From Candidatus Poribacteria bacterium (GTDB taxonomy: Bacteria; Poribacteria; WGA-4E; PCPOR2b), in contig OZ244587.1 in assembly GCA_965218095.1 (NCBI GenBank), positions 32,001 through 96,000 of the forward strand: a stretch of 64,000 nucleotides of DNA, read 5' to 3'. Positions 1 to 9,670 of the stretch are shown in pieces. Under the pieces are notes generated by a model. That model had not been told where the DNA came from. It ran no database searches and saw only the letters and a list, made by a program, of their open reading frames with translations. Each line of letters begins with the position of its first letter. The stretch's first letter is position 1. The position numbers and the translations under genes were made by a program.

Positions 1-2
1 AA

Positions 3-884
3 AAACTCATCACTAACGACGCCGCCAAGCTCGTCAATGGGCGAGTGCTTTATACACCAATGTGTGCGGAAACGGGGGGAATTGTGGATGACCTACTCGT
101 CTATCGCTTCGCCCCGGATCGGTATATGCTCGTCGTCAATGCATCGAATATCGACAACGATTTTAAGTGGATATGTGCTCACAACGACATAGGTGCACAG
201 ATCGAAAACCGGAGCGACGAAACTGTCCTCGTTGCGTTGCAAGGGAAAAACGCTCCGAAGATCCTCCAAACACTCACCGATGTTGACCTTGCAGCAATTG
301 AGTACTATTGGTTTACAGAAGGAGAAGTTGTCGGAATCCCAACAATCATCTCACGGACGGGTTATACTGGAGAAATCGGTTTTGAGCTTTATGTTGAAGC
401 AGGTTGCGGCGAAGATCTCTGGAACGCTCTCTATGAAGCAACCACCGCTGTCGGCGGCAAACCTGTTGGGCTCGGTGCGAGAGACACCTTGCGATTAGAG
501 GCGAGGCTTTGTTTGTATGGTAACGACATTGACGAGACGACCACGCCGTTGGAGGCGGGATTACGCTGGACAGTCATCTTCGACAAAGGGGATTTCATCG
601 GGCGGGATGCCCTGATCAAGCAACGTGACGAAGGAATTAAACGCCATCTGTCCGGATTTCAGATGTTAGACCGTAGTATCGCGCGTTCACACTACCCGGT
701 TTATTGTAATGATCACCGCATCGGGGAAGTTACGAGCGGTGCGCCGTCGCCGAGCCTGAAATGCAATATCGGACTCGCCTGTCTTCCAATCGAGCGGAGC
801 AAAATTAACGCAAAAATCGCGATTGAAATTCGAGGTAAACGTCACCCGGCGAAGGTGGTTAGGACACCATTTTATAAACCATAG
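3..884 (+). CDS. gcvT: Glycine cleavage system aminomethyltransferase T (5'-partial)
   Basis: Frame is open from position 3. Motifs DDLLVYR, VVNASN, SRTGYTGEIGFE, GLGARDTLRLEA and GEVTSG are present; adjacent to gcvH and gcvP. Confidence 0.97.
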   Translation, partial: KLITNDAAKLVNGRVLYTPMCAETGGIVDDLLVYRFAPDRYMLVVNASNIDNDFKWICAHNDIGAQIENRSDETVLVALQGKNAPKILQTLTDVDLAAIEYYWFTEGEVVGIPTIISRTGYTGEIGFELYVEAGCGEDLWNALYEATTAVGGKPVGLGARDTLRLEARLCLYGNDIDETTTPLEAGLRWTVIFDKGDFIGRDALIKQRDEGIKRHLSGFQMLDRSIARSHYPVYCNDHRIGEVTSGAPSPSLKCNIGLACLPIERSKINAKIAIEIRGKRHPAKVVRTPFYKP

Positions 885-1236
885 CGCGCGCGTTTCCATG
901 CAGAGTGTGGGAAGGTTGGAAGCATCGCGGAAATTATGGCGAAGATCAAGCGGTTATAAAGTTTGCTCAGGCTGCGGGGATTGAGGAACGTTTGAGCAAA
1001 ATCTGCGAAAAGAAAGGGCTTGTGGAGAAATCATTTGTCTACTGCTTCAGCGCGGTGGCTGGGCACAGACGGGCAATTTCTATTACGCCATTGCGTTGTG
1101 CGACGACCCGCTTGCCTGTGTAGACCTTCCCAACCGCTTGCGTCAACGTATCCACAATTACGCTAACACGCTCCGCACCCGCCGCGCACAGATATTTCGT
1201 TCCATATCTGCATCCGCAATTGAATGAGGAGGTAAA

Positions 1237-1626
1237 ATGTTTCCGGCAGATCTAAAGTACATGGAAAGCCACGAATGGGCAAGACGTGAAGGAGATATTG
1301 TCGTTGTCGGTATCTCCGACTATGCGCAAGAAGAGATCCAAGATGTCGTCTATGTCGAACTTCCAGAGGTCGGTACAGCCATCGAACAGAAAAGAGAGTT
1401 TGGTGTAATCGAATCTGTCAAAGCTGCGTTTGATCTCTACGCACCCGTCAGTGGCAAAATTATCGAAATTAATGAAGAGCTCGAAGATGCACCGGACTTG
1501 GTGAACGAGGACCCCTACGGTGCAGGTTGGATGGTCAAGATCCGGATGCGGGATGCGAGCGAATTGGACAATATCATGTCTGTAAGTGAATATCAAGAAA
1601 TGATCGAGGCGGAAGAAAATGAGTAA
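1237..1626 (+). CDS. gcvH: Glycine cleavage system H protein
   Basis: HEW, GISDYAQ, lipoyl motif IESVKAA and DPYGAGW; RBS GAGGAGG. Confidence 0.98.
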   Translation: MFPADLKYMESHEWARREGDIVVVGISDYAQEEIQDVVYVELPEVGTAIEQKREFGVIESVKAAFDLYAPVSGKIIEINEELEDAPDLVNEDPYGAGWMVKIRMRDASELDNIMSVSEYQEMIEAEENE

Positions 1627-4573
1627 GACCATTCAAGCCCTAAATTTTACAGACACCTTCGTTGACCGCCATATTGGGCCCCGTCCGGAAGACGTCGAGT
1701 TAATGTTGGAGAAGATTGGGTACACCTCCCTTAATAAGCTGATTGAAGCCACGGTTCCAGCGGATATTCGTCATGGCCAGCCTCTAAACCTCGGCGAAAG
1801 TCGAACGGAGCATGAAATTCTTGCGGCGTTGAAAAAGATCGCGTCTCAGAACAAGGTCTATCGGTCTTTTATCGGGATGGGCTATTACAACTGTATTACC
1901 CCGCCCGTTATCCAACGAAACATTCTTGAGAACCCTGGGTGGTACACCGCATACACCCCGTATCAGGCGGAGATTGCCCAGGGGCGTCTTAAAGCCCTGT
2001 TAAATTTCCAAACGATGATCATCGACCTGACCGGACTGCCGATTGCCAATGCGTCGCTTTTAGACGAGAGCACGGCGGCCGCCGAAGCGATGGGAATGTG
2101 CCTTGCCATGAGTAAGCGTGGAGGCAGCAAGGCGTTTTTTGTTTCAGAGACGTGTCATCCGCAGACAATCGCCGTCCTGCGCACCCGCGCAGAGCCACTG
2201 GGGGTTGAGTTATTAGTCGGCGATCATCGCAATGTTGCGTTGGTACCTGCTCACATTTTGGGCGCGCTTGTGCAATACCCGTCAAGTGATGGTGCGATTT
2301 ATAATTATAACGATTTTGCCGAACAGATTCATGACGCAGGCGGATTGTTAGCCGTCGCTGCCGATCTCTTGAGTCTCACGCTGTTGAAGCCGCCAGGAGA
2401 ATTCGGCGCTGATATCGCGGTCGGATCTGCTCAACGGTTCGGTGTGCCAATGGGTTATGGCGGGCCCCACGCCGCTTGCCTTGCAACGAAAGAGGAATTT
2501 AAGCGTCGGATGCCGGGTCGAATTGCAGGGCTTTCGCGGGATGCCGAAGGTCAGTCTGCAATTCGCCTCGCGCTTCAGACGCGGGAGCAGCATATCCGAA
2601 GAGAAAAAGCAACGAGCAACATCTGTACAGCACAGGTGCTCCTAGCAGTAATGGCGAGCATGTATGCCGTTTATCACGGTCCCAAAGGGCTTCACCACAT
2701 TGCTAAGCGCGTGCATCTGCTCACCGGTGTCCTCCACGAAGGATTGAAGCGATTGGGATATTCAATCGGTGATGGACCTTACTTTGATACGCTCAGTGTC
2801 AATCTTGATAATGTCATCCTGAACAACAGTGAAGGATCTGTCAATCTCAATGATCTTTTATCAACGGCGCGTGCGAAGCAGATTAACTTCAGAGTTTTTG
2901 ATCGGGCGCGCATCGGCATTTCACTCGACGAGGCGACCTCAATTCAGGACGTTCGCGATCTCCTCAATGTTTTTGCGCTTGGACAAGCGCTTCCGTTTGA
3001 GGTCGAAGAGCTGATTTCTGAAGCGGTCCCGGCAATCCCTGAACCATTGCGGCGACAAAGCCCCTATCTCACGCACCCCGTTTTCAACACCTATCACTCC
3101 GAGACGGAGATGCTGCGGTACATCCACAAGCTCCAGGAGCAAGATCTGTCCCTGACCATGTCGATGATTCCACTTGGATCTTGCACGATGAAACTGAATG
3201 CGACCGCCGAAATGTTTCCGGTCACCTGGCCGGAGTTTGGTCAGCTTCACCCGTTTGCGCCCCTTGAACAGACGAAAGGATACCAAATCCTCTTTGAACA
3301 ACTCGAAACGTGGCTGTCGGAAATCACGGGATTTCCTGGTATCTCCCTGCAACCCAACGCCGGGTCACAGGGTGAATATGCAGGGCTTTTGGTTATCCGC
3401 AAATACCATCAGAGCCGAGGCGAAGGGCATCGAGATGTTTGTCTGATTCCGCAATCAGCGCACGGTACGAACCCCGCCAGTGCGGTAATGGCTGGTATGC
3501 GGGTGGTGGTGGTAGCCTGCGACACTGAAGGGAATATCGATCTCCCGGATCTTCGGAAAAAGGCGAGGGAACAGAGCCGGGAGCTTGCGGCAGCGATGAT
3601 TACTTATCCTTCGACCCACGGCGTGTTTGAGGAAAAGATCCGAGCGATCTGCGAAATCGTTCATCAGCACGATGGACAGGTCTACATGGATGGCGCAAAT
3701 ATAAACGCGATGGTGGGGCTATGTCGCCCGGGGGATTTCGGGGCAGATGTGTGTCACTTAAATCTGCACAAAACCTTCTGTATCCCTCATGGCGGGGGTG
3801 GTCCCGGAATGGGTCCGATTGGCGTAAAGGCACATCTTATCCGTTTTCTTCCAATACACCCGGTCGTCTCAGTCGGGGGAGAAGATGGAATCGGTCCGGT
3901 TTCAGCCGCCCCGTGGGGGAGTCCAAGCATTCTTCCGATCTCCTGGGCATACATTGGGTTGATGGGAGCCGAAGGGTTGAAGCGCGCGACTGAAATTGCA
4001 ATCTTGAATGCGAATTATGTCGCAAAATGCTTAGAATTCCAGTATTCGGTGCTTTATAAAGGCAGTCATGGACTTGTCGCGCACGAGTGTATCATTGACC
4101 TCCGTGAATTTCAAAAAACGGCTGGCATTGGGATAGCCGACATTGCCAAGCGGCTAATGGATTACGGTTTCCACGCGCCTACCGTATCCTGGCCCGTTGT
4201 CAACACAATGATGATAGAACCAACAGAGAGCGAATCAAAAGCTGAACTGGATCGATTTTGTGAAGCAATGATCTCTATCCGAAAAGAAATTGTCGAAATT
4301 GAGGAAAACCGGGCCGATCGTTCGGACAACGTCCTCAAGAACGCCCCACACACCGCAGCGCAAGTCATGAAAACTGAGTGGGCTCACAAGTATTCTCGGG
4401 AGAAAGCAGCTTTTCCTGCGCCGTGGACCCGCGAGTGGAAATATTGGCCCCCCGTTGCGCGAATTAACGAGGTTCTGGGAGATCGCAATCTGGTTTGTGC
4501 TTGTTCACCGATTGATTCCTATTCATCGCTCGTAAAGCATAAGAAGATGAATGTCAAACGTAAGAAGATATAA
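1619..4573 (+). CDS. gcvP: Glycine dehydrogenase (decarboxylating), P protein
   Basis: [43 protein letters not shown] (PLP Lys) and MIEPTESE; 984-aa single-chain form. Confidence 0.98.
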   Translation: MSKTIQALNFTDTFVDRHIGPRPEDVELMLEKIGYTSLNKLIEATVPADIRHGQPLNLGESRTEHEILAALKKIASQNKVYRSFIGMGYYNCITPPVIQRNILENPGWYTAYTPYQAEIAQGRLKALLNFQTMIIDLTGLPIANASLLDESTAAAEAMGMCLAMSKRGGSKAFFVSETCHPQTIAVLRTRAEPLGVELLVGDHRNVALVPAHILGALVQYPSSDGAIYNYNDFAEQIHDAGGLLAVAADLLSLTLLKPPGEFGADIAVGSAQRFGVPMGYGGPHAACLATKEEFKRRMPGRIAGLSRDAEGQSAIRLALQTREQHIRREKATSNICTAQVLLAVMASMYAVYHGPKGLHHIAKRVHLLTGVLHEGLKRLGYSIGDGPYFDTLSVNLDNVILNNSEGSVNLNDLLSTARAKQINFRVFDRARIGISLDEATSIQDVRDLLNVFALGQALPFEVEELISEAVPAIPEPLRRQSPYLTHPVFNTYHSETEMLRYIHKLQEQDLSLTMSMIPLGSCTMKLNATAEMFPVTWPEFGQLHPFAPLEQTKGYQILFEQLETWLSEITGFPGISLQPNAGSQGEYAGLLVIRKYHQSRGEGHRDVCLIPQSAHGTNPASAVMAGMRVVVVACDTEGNIDLPDLRKKAREQSRELAAAMITYPSTHGVFEEKIRAICEIVHQHDGQVYMDGANINAMVGLCRPGDFGADVCHLNLHKTFCIPHGGGGPGMGPIGVKAHLIRFLPIHPVVSVGGEDGIGPVSAAPWGSPSILPISWAYIGLMGAEGLKRATEIAILNANYVAKCLEFQYSVLYKGSHGLVAHECIIDLREFQKTAGIGIADIAKRLMDYGFHAPTVSWPVVNTMMIEPTESESKAELDRFCEAMISIRKEIVEIEENRADRSDNVLKNAPHTAAQVMKTEWAHKYSREKAAFPAPWTREWKYWPPVARINEVLGDRNLVCACSPIDSYSSLVKHKKMNVKRKKI
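2813..2839 (+). repeat. Half copy of the GTCATCCTG...GAAGGATCT palindromic repeat, in frame inside gcvP
   Basis: gtcatcctgaacaacagtgaaggatct matches the left arm of the intergenic repeats at 24321 and 44534. Confidence 0.6.
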
Positions 4574-4640
4574 GAACAAAGCCCTCTTTTTACGTTTGAC
4601 GAGATTACATTTTACGAGCCCACGTTATTGAGTAAACAGG

Positions 4641-6023
4641 ATGAAAGCAATTATCATTGGTGCAGGGGAAGGTGGATTTCACACCGCGAAACTCTTGACT
4701 GCTGAAGATAATGATGTTGTTCTAATCGACCATTCAAAGGAGGCCTGTCAGCATGTGCAGGAGCAGTTGGATCTCCTGACGCTTCAGGGATCGGGGGCCT
4801 CGCCTGCTTTATTAAAGGAAGCCGGGATTGAAGATGCCGAACTTCTCATTGCTGTGACAAACTGCGATGAGATCAACATACTTGCGTGCTTGATTGCGGA
4901 TCGATACGGTGTTGCAACAAAAGTTGCGCGGGTCTCCAGCCCGGACTACTTTGCGAATGAAACGAACTTATCCCCGAAAGATCTCGGGATTGATCTGCTA
5001 ATTAATCCAGAACGGCTCTGTGCTGAGGAATTTTTTCACCTGCTTAATATCCCAGAAGCCCGTGAAATCGTAGAATTTGAAGAAGGGAAGGTCCAACTAG
5101 TCGCATTTAAAGTGAAATCCTTCAATCCCCTTCGAGGCAAACCCATGAGCCGCCTGGGCGATGAAGAACTGGTTTCCGATTCACGTCTTATGGCAATTAA
5201 GCGCAGAAGTGGTCAGACAATCGTTCCCAAAGGCGAAGATTACATTCTTGAAGGAGATGAAGTCTTTGCAATCGGCAGCCGTGAATCTACCACCAATCTG
5301 CTTGAGCTTTCGGGCGTTTCGCTGCATAAAGGGCTCAATCGCGTCATTATCGCCGGTGCGGGGCGGATCGGGATATACCTCGCACAAGCCCTTGAAGAAA
5401 ACGGCACACAGGTCAAAATGATTGAGGCGAATCGCAACATCGCCGAAGCTGCATCGATGATTCTGAAAAAAACGACGGTCTTACATGGTGATTACCTTAA
5501 CCCTGGTTTCTTGGAGCAAGCTGGCGTTGACGGCGTGGATGGATTTGTTTCCGTGACCGGTGATGATGAAGATGATATTATGGCTTGTGTGACTGCCAAA
5601 CAGAATGGCGCGGCCCGTGTTCTCGCCCTCGTTCAAAAACCGCGTTACTTGCCTATCCTTGCCGCTATCCCGACACTCGATGCAGTTGTAAGTCGCCACC
5701 TGACAGCAGTCAGCAACATCCTTCGTTTAATTCGTCGGGGGCAGATTGTCTCAGCGACGTCTTTACGAGAGATTGATGCAGAAGTCATCGAACTCGTTGC
5801 CGGGGTAAATTCAAAAATTGTCCACAAAACACTTATATCCTTTCGGGGGAAATTTCCTGATGATGCTTTGATTGGTGCAATTGTTCGACGTGATAAAGTC
5901 CTCGTTCCAACCGGAGATAGTGTCATCCAGCCGGGAGATCGCGTGATTGTATTCAGTATGCCGGATGCCATTCCCACTGTTGAGAAGTTCTTTGTAGGAC
6001 CAAACACCAAAACCTCGATTTAA
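4641..6023 (+). CDS. trkA: Trk potassium uptake NAD-binding subunit
   Basis: Two RCK_N/RCK_C pairs (IIGAGEGG, IIAGAGRIG); 460 aa; upstream of trkH. Confidence 0.95.
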   Translation: MKAIIIGAGEGGFHTAKLLTAEDNDVVLIDHSKEACQHVQEQLDLLTLQGSGASPALLKEAGIEDAELLIAVTNCDEINILACLIADRYGVATKVARVSSPDYFANETNLSPKDLGIDLLINPERLCAEEFFHLLNIPEAREIVEFEEGKVQLVAFKVKSFNPLRGKPMSRLGDEELVSDSRLMAIKRRSGQTIVPKGEDYILEGDEVFAIGSRESTTNLLELSGVSLHKGLNRVIIAGAGRIGIYLAQALEENGTQVKMIEANRNIAEAASMILKKTTVLHGDYLNPGFLEQAGVDGVDGFVSVTGDDEDDIMACVTAKQNGAARVLALVQKPRYLPILAAIPTLDAVVSRHLTAVSNILRLIRRGQIVSATSLREIDAEVIELVAGVNSKIVHKTLISFRGKFPDDALIGAIVRRDKVLVPTGDSVIQPGDRVIVFSMPDAIPTVEKFFVGPNTKTSI

Positions 6024-6115
6024 TCAGGCAATTGACCGCCAGCCGTGAACGTAAGACAGAAAACGGTTCGTCGATTCGCCCATAAGTCATAAATCCACCC
6101 GCCCATGAGCCTGCT

Positions 6116-7612
6116 TTGAAGCTAAGATTAGTTCTGTATACACTCGGTAATCTCTTGATTTGTCTTTCCGCAGCGATGCTGTGTCCACTGCTTATTGCGG
6201 TTTACTACAGAGCGGCGAATGGCGAATCGGATCTGCGAGCGTTTATCTACTCTCTTCTTATCACAATTCTCGTCGGATTGGTGCTCCGTCTGACGACCAA
6301 ATCCAATCAAGAGCTGGGAAATAAAGAGGGGTTTGCTGTTGTCACATTAAGTTGGGCGGTGACGGCGCTGTTTGGATCGCTGCCCTATCTGTGCCATCGT
6401 GTATTCGAGGCGGCAGGGAGAAATTGGCTAGTTGAGTTCTCGTTTTGCTATTTTGAGTCCATGTCGGGATTCACGACGACGGGAGCAACCGTTCTCACCG
6501 AAATCGAGCATCTTCCCCATGCGATGCTCTTTTGGCGCAGCCTGACGCATTGGCTAGGGGGCATGGGGATTGTTGTCCTCGCGTTGGCAATCCTACCGAT
6601 GTTGGGTGTTGGCGGCATGCAACTTTACCGCGCTGAAGTCCCTGGACCTCAGAAAGACCGTCTGACGCCACGCATCGCGCAGACGGCAAAACTGCTCTGG
6701 GGTGTTTATGTCTTAATCTCCGCCATCGAAACCCTGCTCCTCTGGCTGGGAGGAATGACATTATTCGACGCCCTGTGTCACACCTTTGGTACGATGGCAA
6801 CCGGCGGTTTTTCGACCCAAAATTTGAGCATCGGTCAATACAACGGCGTCTACTTCGATGTCGTCATTATCATTTTCATGCTTCTTGCTGGAACGAATTT
6901 TTCCCTGCACTACCGTGCCTTACGCGGCGATCTCAAAGTCTACCTTCAAGACACAGAATTCCGTTTTTACTGCTTCACGCTGTGTCTCTGTACAGGCTTG
7001 ATCGTCTGGAATACGATGGCCACAAGAGTTGGAGAGGCTGTTGTCTATGATTCGTTTGGAACCGCCCTGCGTTACGGCTCTTTTCAGGTCGTATCCATCA
7101 TCACAACCACCGGCTACGGGACTTTCGACTTTGAGCAGTGGCCTACTTTATCGCAGTTTATTCTGGTCATTCTAATGTTTTTCGGTGGGTGCGCCGGTTC
7201 AACAGGAGGCGGGATGAAGCACGTGCGCTTTCTGCTCCTCATTAAACAAGGGTATATTGAGATCAAACGTCTGATACTTCCATCCGCCGTGCTTCCCATT
7301 AAACTTGGGGATAGGGTTGTTCCGCAAGAGGTGATGACAAACATTCTCGGCTTTTTTTTCCTTTTCATCGGTATTTTCGCGATTGTCGCTTGCATCATGG
7401 CAGCGTTGGGATTGGATCTGATTAGCGCCGCCGCATGCACCATTGCAACCATGGGGAATATTGGTCCCGGTCTTGGATCTGTTGGTCCTATTGACAACTA
7501 TGCGCATATCCCCACCCCTGGAAAATTTATCCTCTGTTTCTGCATGTTGCTGGGACGCTTAGAACTGTATACCGTGCTGGTTTTATTTGCTCCGGAGTTT
7601 TGGAAAAGGTAA
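6116..7612 (+). CDS. trkH: Trk potassium uptake membrane subunit
   Basis: FESMSGFTTTGAT, WLGGMGI, TTTGY, GGCAGSTGGGMK, GNIGPGLG and MLLGRLE; TTG start. Confidence 0.96.
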   Translation: MKLRLVLYTLGNLLICLSAAMLCPLLIAVYYRAANGESDLRAFIYSLLITILVGLVLRLTTKSNQELGNKEGFAVVTLSWAVTALFGSLPYLCHRVFEAAGRNWLVEFSFCYFESMSGFTTTGATVLTEIEHLPHAMLFWRSLTHWLGGMGIVVLALAILPMLGVGGMQLYRAEVPGPQKDRLTPRIAQTAKLLWGVYVLISAIETLLLWLGGMTLFDALCHTFGTMATGGFSTQNLSIGQYNGVYFDVVIIIFMLLAGTNFSLHYRALRGDLKVYLQDTEFRFYCFTLCLCTGLIVWNTMATRVGEAVVYDSFGTALRYGSFQVVSIITTTGYGTFDFEQWPTLSQFILVILMFFGGCAGSTGGGMKHVRFLLLIKQGYIEIKRLILPSAVLPIKLGDRVVPQEVMTNILGFFFLFIGIFAIVACIMAALGLDLISAAACTIATMGNIGPGLGSVGPIDNYAHIPTPGKFILCFCMLLGRLELYTVLVLFAPEFWKR

Positions 7613-7707
7613 GACGTGATGCGTGAAACGTGAATGAACCGATGAATTGATACTTCGTTCCCATGCTCCGTGTCATTTTAACTGAATACGAATGGTGAGA
7701 GGGGAGC

Positions 7708-8250
7708 ATGATTGATTTCGTCCACCTTAACGTCCTGCGCAAGATACATGCACGACTGCATAACACAAGTGTGAATTGGGTCGTCACAGGGAGTCTCGGT
7801 TTTTCGCTTCAGGGCGTACCTGTTGAACCAAATGACATTGACATCCAAACCGATGAGGCGGGGGCTTATGAGATCGAACACCGCTTTTCAGATGCCGTGA
7901 TCAAAAAGGTGGAGTTCTCCTCTACCGAGCGGATTAGATCATACTTTGGTGCATTGCAAATTGACGGCATCAAGGTGGAAATCATGGGAGACATTCAGAA
8001 ACGGAGTGCGGATGGTGTCTGGGAGAGGGAGGTGGATCTGGTGCGTTATAAGCGAATGGTAGAGATTGAAGGCATGCAAGTGCCTGTCCTGTCTTTAGAA
8101 TATGAGTATCAAGCCTATCTGAAGTTAGGGCGGATTGAGAAGGCAGAGGTGTTAAGAAAGTGGTTGGACAGTGAACACGCCGCTTCGAACAATGCACTAC
8201 CTAACGAGGGCAAAGGAGAAGTTGAATCCGCTGATGTCCGTCAATACTGA
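7708..8250 (+). CDS. Nucleotidyltransferase-fold protein (Pol-beta superfamily)
   Basis: N-terminal GS(x)n-DID motif (TGSLGFSLQG...NDIDI) plus a third acidic residue (VEIMGD); RBS GGGGAG. Confidence 0.7.
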   Translation: MIDFVHLNVLRKIHARLHNTSVNWVVTGSLGFSLQGVPVEPNDIDIQTDEAGAYEIEHRFSDAVIKKVEFSSTERIRSYFGALQIDGIKVEIMGDIQKRSADGVWEREVDLVRYKRMVEIEGMQVPVLSLEYEYQAYLKLGRIEKAEVLRKWLDSEHAASNNALPNEGKGEVESADVRQY

Positions 8251-8941
8251 CAAGATCACAACCATCTCATTCGACGCAGACGGCACGCTTTGGGACTTTG
8301 AGGGGGTTATGCGTTACGCACTGAGGTGTACGCTGGATGAACTTCGTCGCCGGGTCCCTTCCATTCCTGATTCGCTTTCGATCGAAACGCTAATCGCTAT
8401 TCGGAATCAAGTTGCGGAAGAACGAAAGGGCAAAGCGACAAAGCACGAAACAATTCGGCTTGAAGCATTCAAACGGACGCTTGAATCTATTGAAAACTCC
8501 AATGACGATCTCGCTGCCCACCTCAACGCGGTGTATCTGAAGCATCGATTTGAGGACATCCAGCTCTTCGACGATGTGCTGCTCACCTTGAATGCCCTAC
8601 AAGGGCACTATCGTCTGGGACTTCTTTCCAATGGCAACACCTATCCAGAACGTTGTGGATTGGTGGGTCGGTTCCAGTTTGTCGTGTTCGCTCAGGACTA
8701 CGGGGTTCAAAAACCGGATCCGCGATTATTTGAGATTGCTATTAGGCAAGCAGGCTGTACGAAACGTCAGTTGCTGCACGTTGGTGACTCTTTCCAAAAT
8801 GATGTGATGGGCGCAAAACGAGCAGGTGTGAGATCGGTTTGGCTCAATCGTCATCGCCAAAATAACGATACGGGTATTCAACCAGATTTTGAGGTGTTGT
8901 CTTTGGTGGAATTGGCAGCGATCTGCGAGGAGTTGATGTAA
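8234..8941 (+). CDS. HAD-superfamily hydrolase (YigB/YjjG-like)
   Basis: Motif I FDADGTLWD, LSNG, KPDPRLF and HVGDSFQNDVMGA; start chosen from RBS AAAGGAGA. Confidence 0.9.
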   Translation: MSVNTDKITTISFDADGTLWDFEGVMRYALRCTLDELRRRVPSIPDSLSIETLIAIRNQVAEERKGKATKHETIRLEAFKRTLESIENSNDDLAAHLNAVYLKHRFEDIQLFDDVLLTLNALQGHYRLGLLSNGNTYPERCGLVGRFQFVVFAQDYGVQKPDPRLFEIAIRQAGCTKRQLLHVGDSFQNDVMGAKRAGVRSVWLNRHRQNNDTGIQPDFEVLSLVELAAICEELM

Positions 8942-8979
8942 TCTTTAACTGCTGTGATGTCTCACGTTTCTATTTCTTG

Positions 8980-9590
8980 ATGTTAAAATTTCTCTTATTA
9001 GGTTCTGTTGACATTTGATGGATTGAACCAATCTCCGTTCCGAGAGTCTTCGACCTGATGCACCTTGAGGCGATTTCGGATAACCGCCTGGGTTTTTGGC
9101 GGGTAGCGCGATGATTACAGCGTTTCCCGAATTCGCGATGGCGAAATGTCAACAGAACCTAGTACACACGGCTGCCACGATGGTTTGCCTTGGAGCGATT
9201 ACGCACAATCTCGCCATGATTGTTGGCTACTGGAGGGGACGATTTCGTCGTCCCCAATTAGAAAAGCTATATGCCAAAGTGGGCTTCATCGTCTTCCTTT
9301 GTACCTACCTTCTCGGTGGGATTGGGCTATATCCTTCCTTTCGCTATCGCGTACGCCCCGAATTCGATCAATCCCTTCGTTGGGCGACGGGATTATTTGA
9401 AATCAAGGAGCACTGGGCATCGCTTGCCCTGGTGCTCTTCATCATCTATTACCTGATGAGCCGAGCCATCGAGCCGAGTACCAATCAGCCACTCATCAAA
9501 ATTTACGTACTACTTGGCATATTCCTTTCAATCATTATCTGGTTTTCTGCCATTGTTGGATTTGTTCTTGTTTCTTACAGGTCAGTCTGA
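8980..9590 (+). pseudogene. Multi-pass membrane protein interrupted by a MITE after codon 7
   Basis: Removing 9001-9161 restores MLKFLLL|VHTAATMVCLGAITHN... in one frame with several hydrophobic helices. Confidence 0.8.
9001..9159. mobile_element. 159-bp non-autonomous MITE with IS5-family TIRs
   Basis: Ends ggttctgttgacattt and aaatgtcaacagaacc are identical to the IS5 copies at 15329 and 46650; TA duplication; no transposase. Confidence 0.92.
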
Positions 9591-9670
9591 AACGTAAAAC
9601 GTAAAATGTAATGCGAGGTCAGAAGTTCAAAGAATCCAGGAACTCATGAACTGATTCGTTGATTTATAAC

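Noticed and set aside
920-990. Canonical glycine riboswitch
   Set aside because: Only fragments of the consensus are present, with no GGAGA/CCGAAG core, and it is not at the operon 5' end. Kept only as an unassigned structured spacer.
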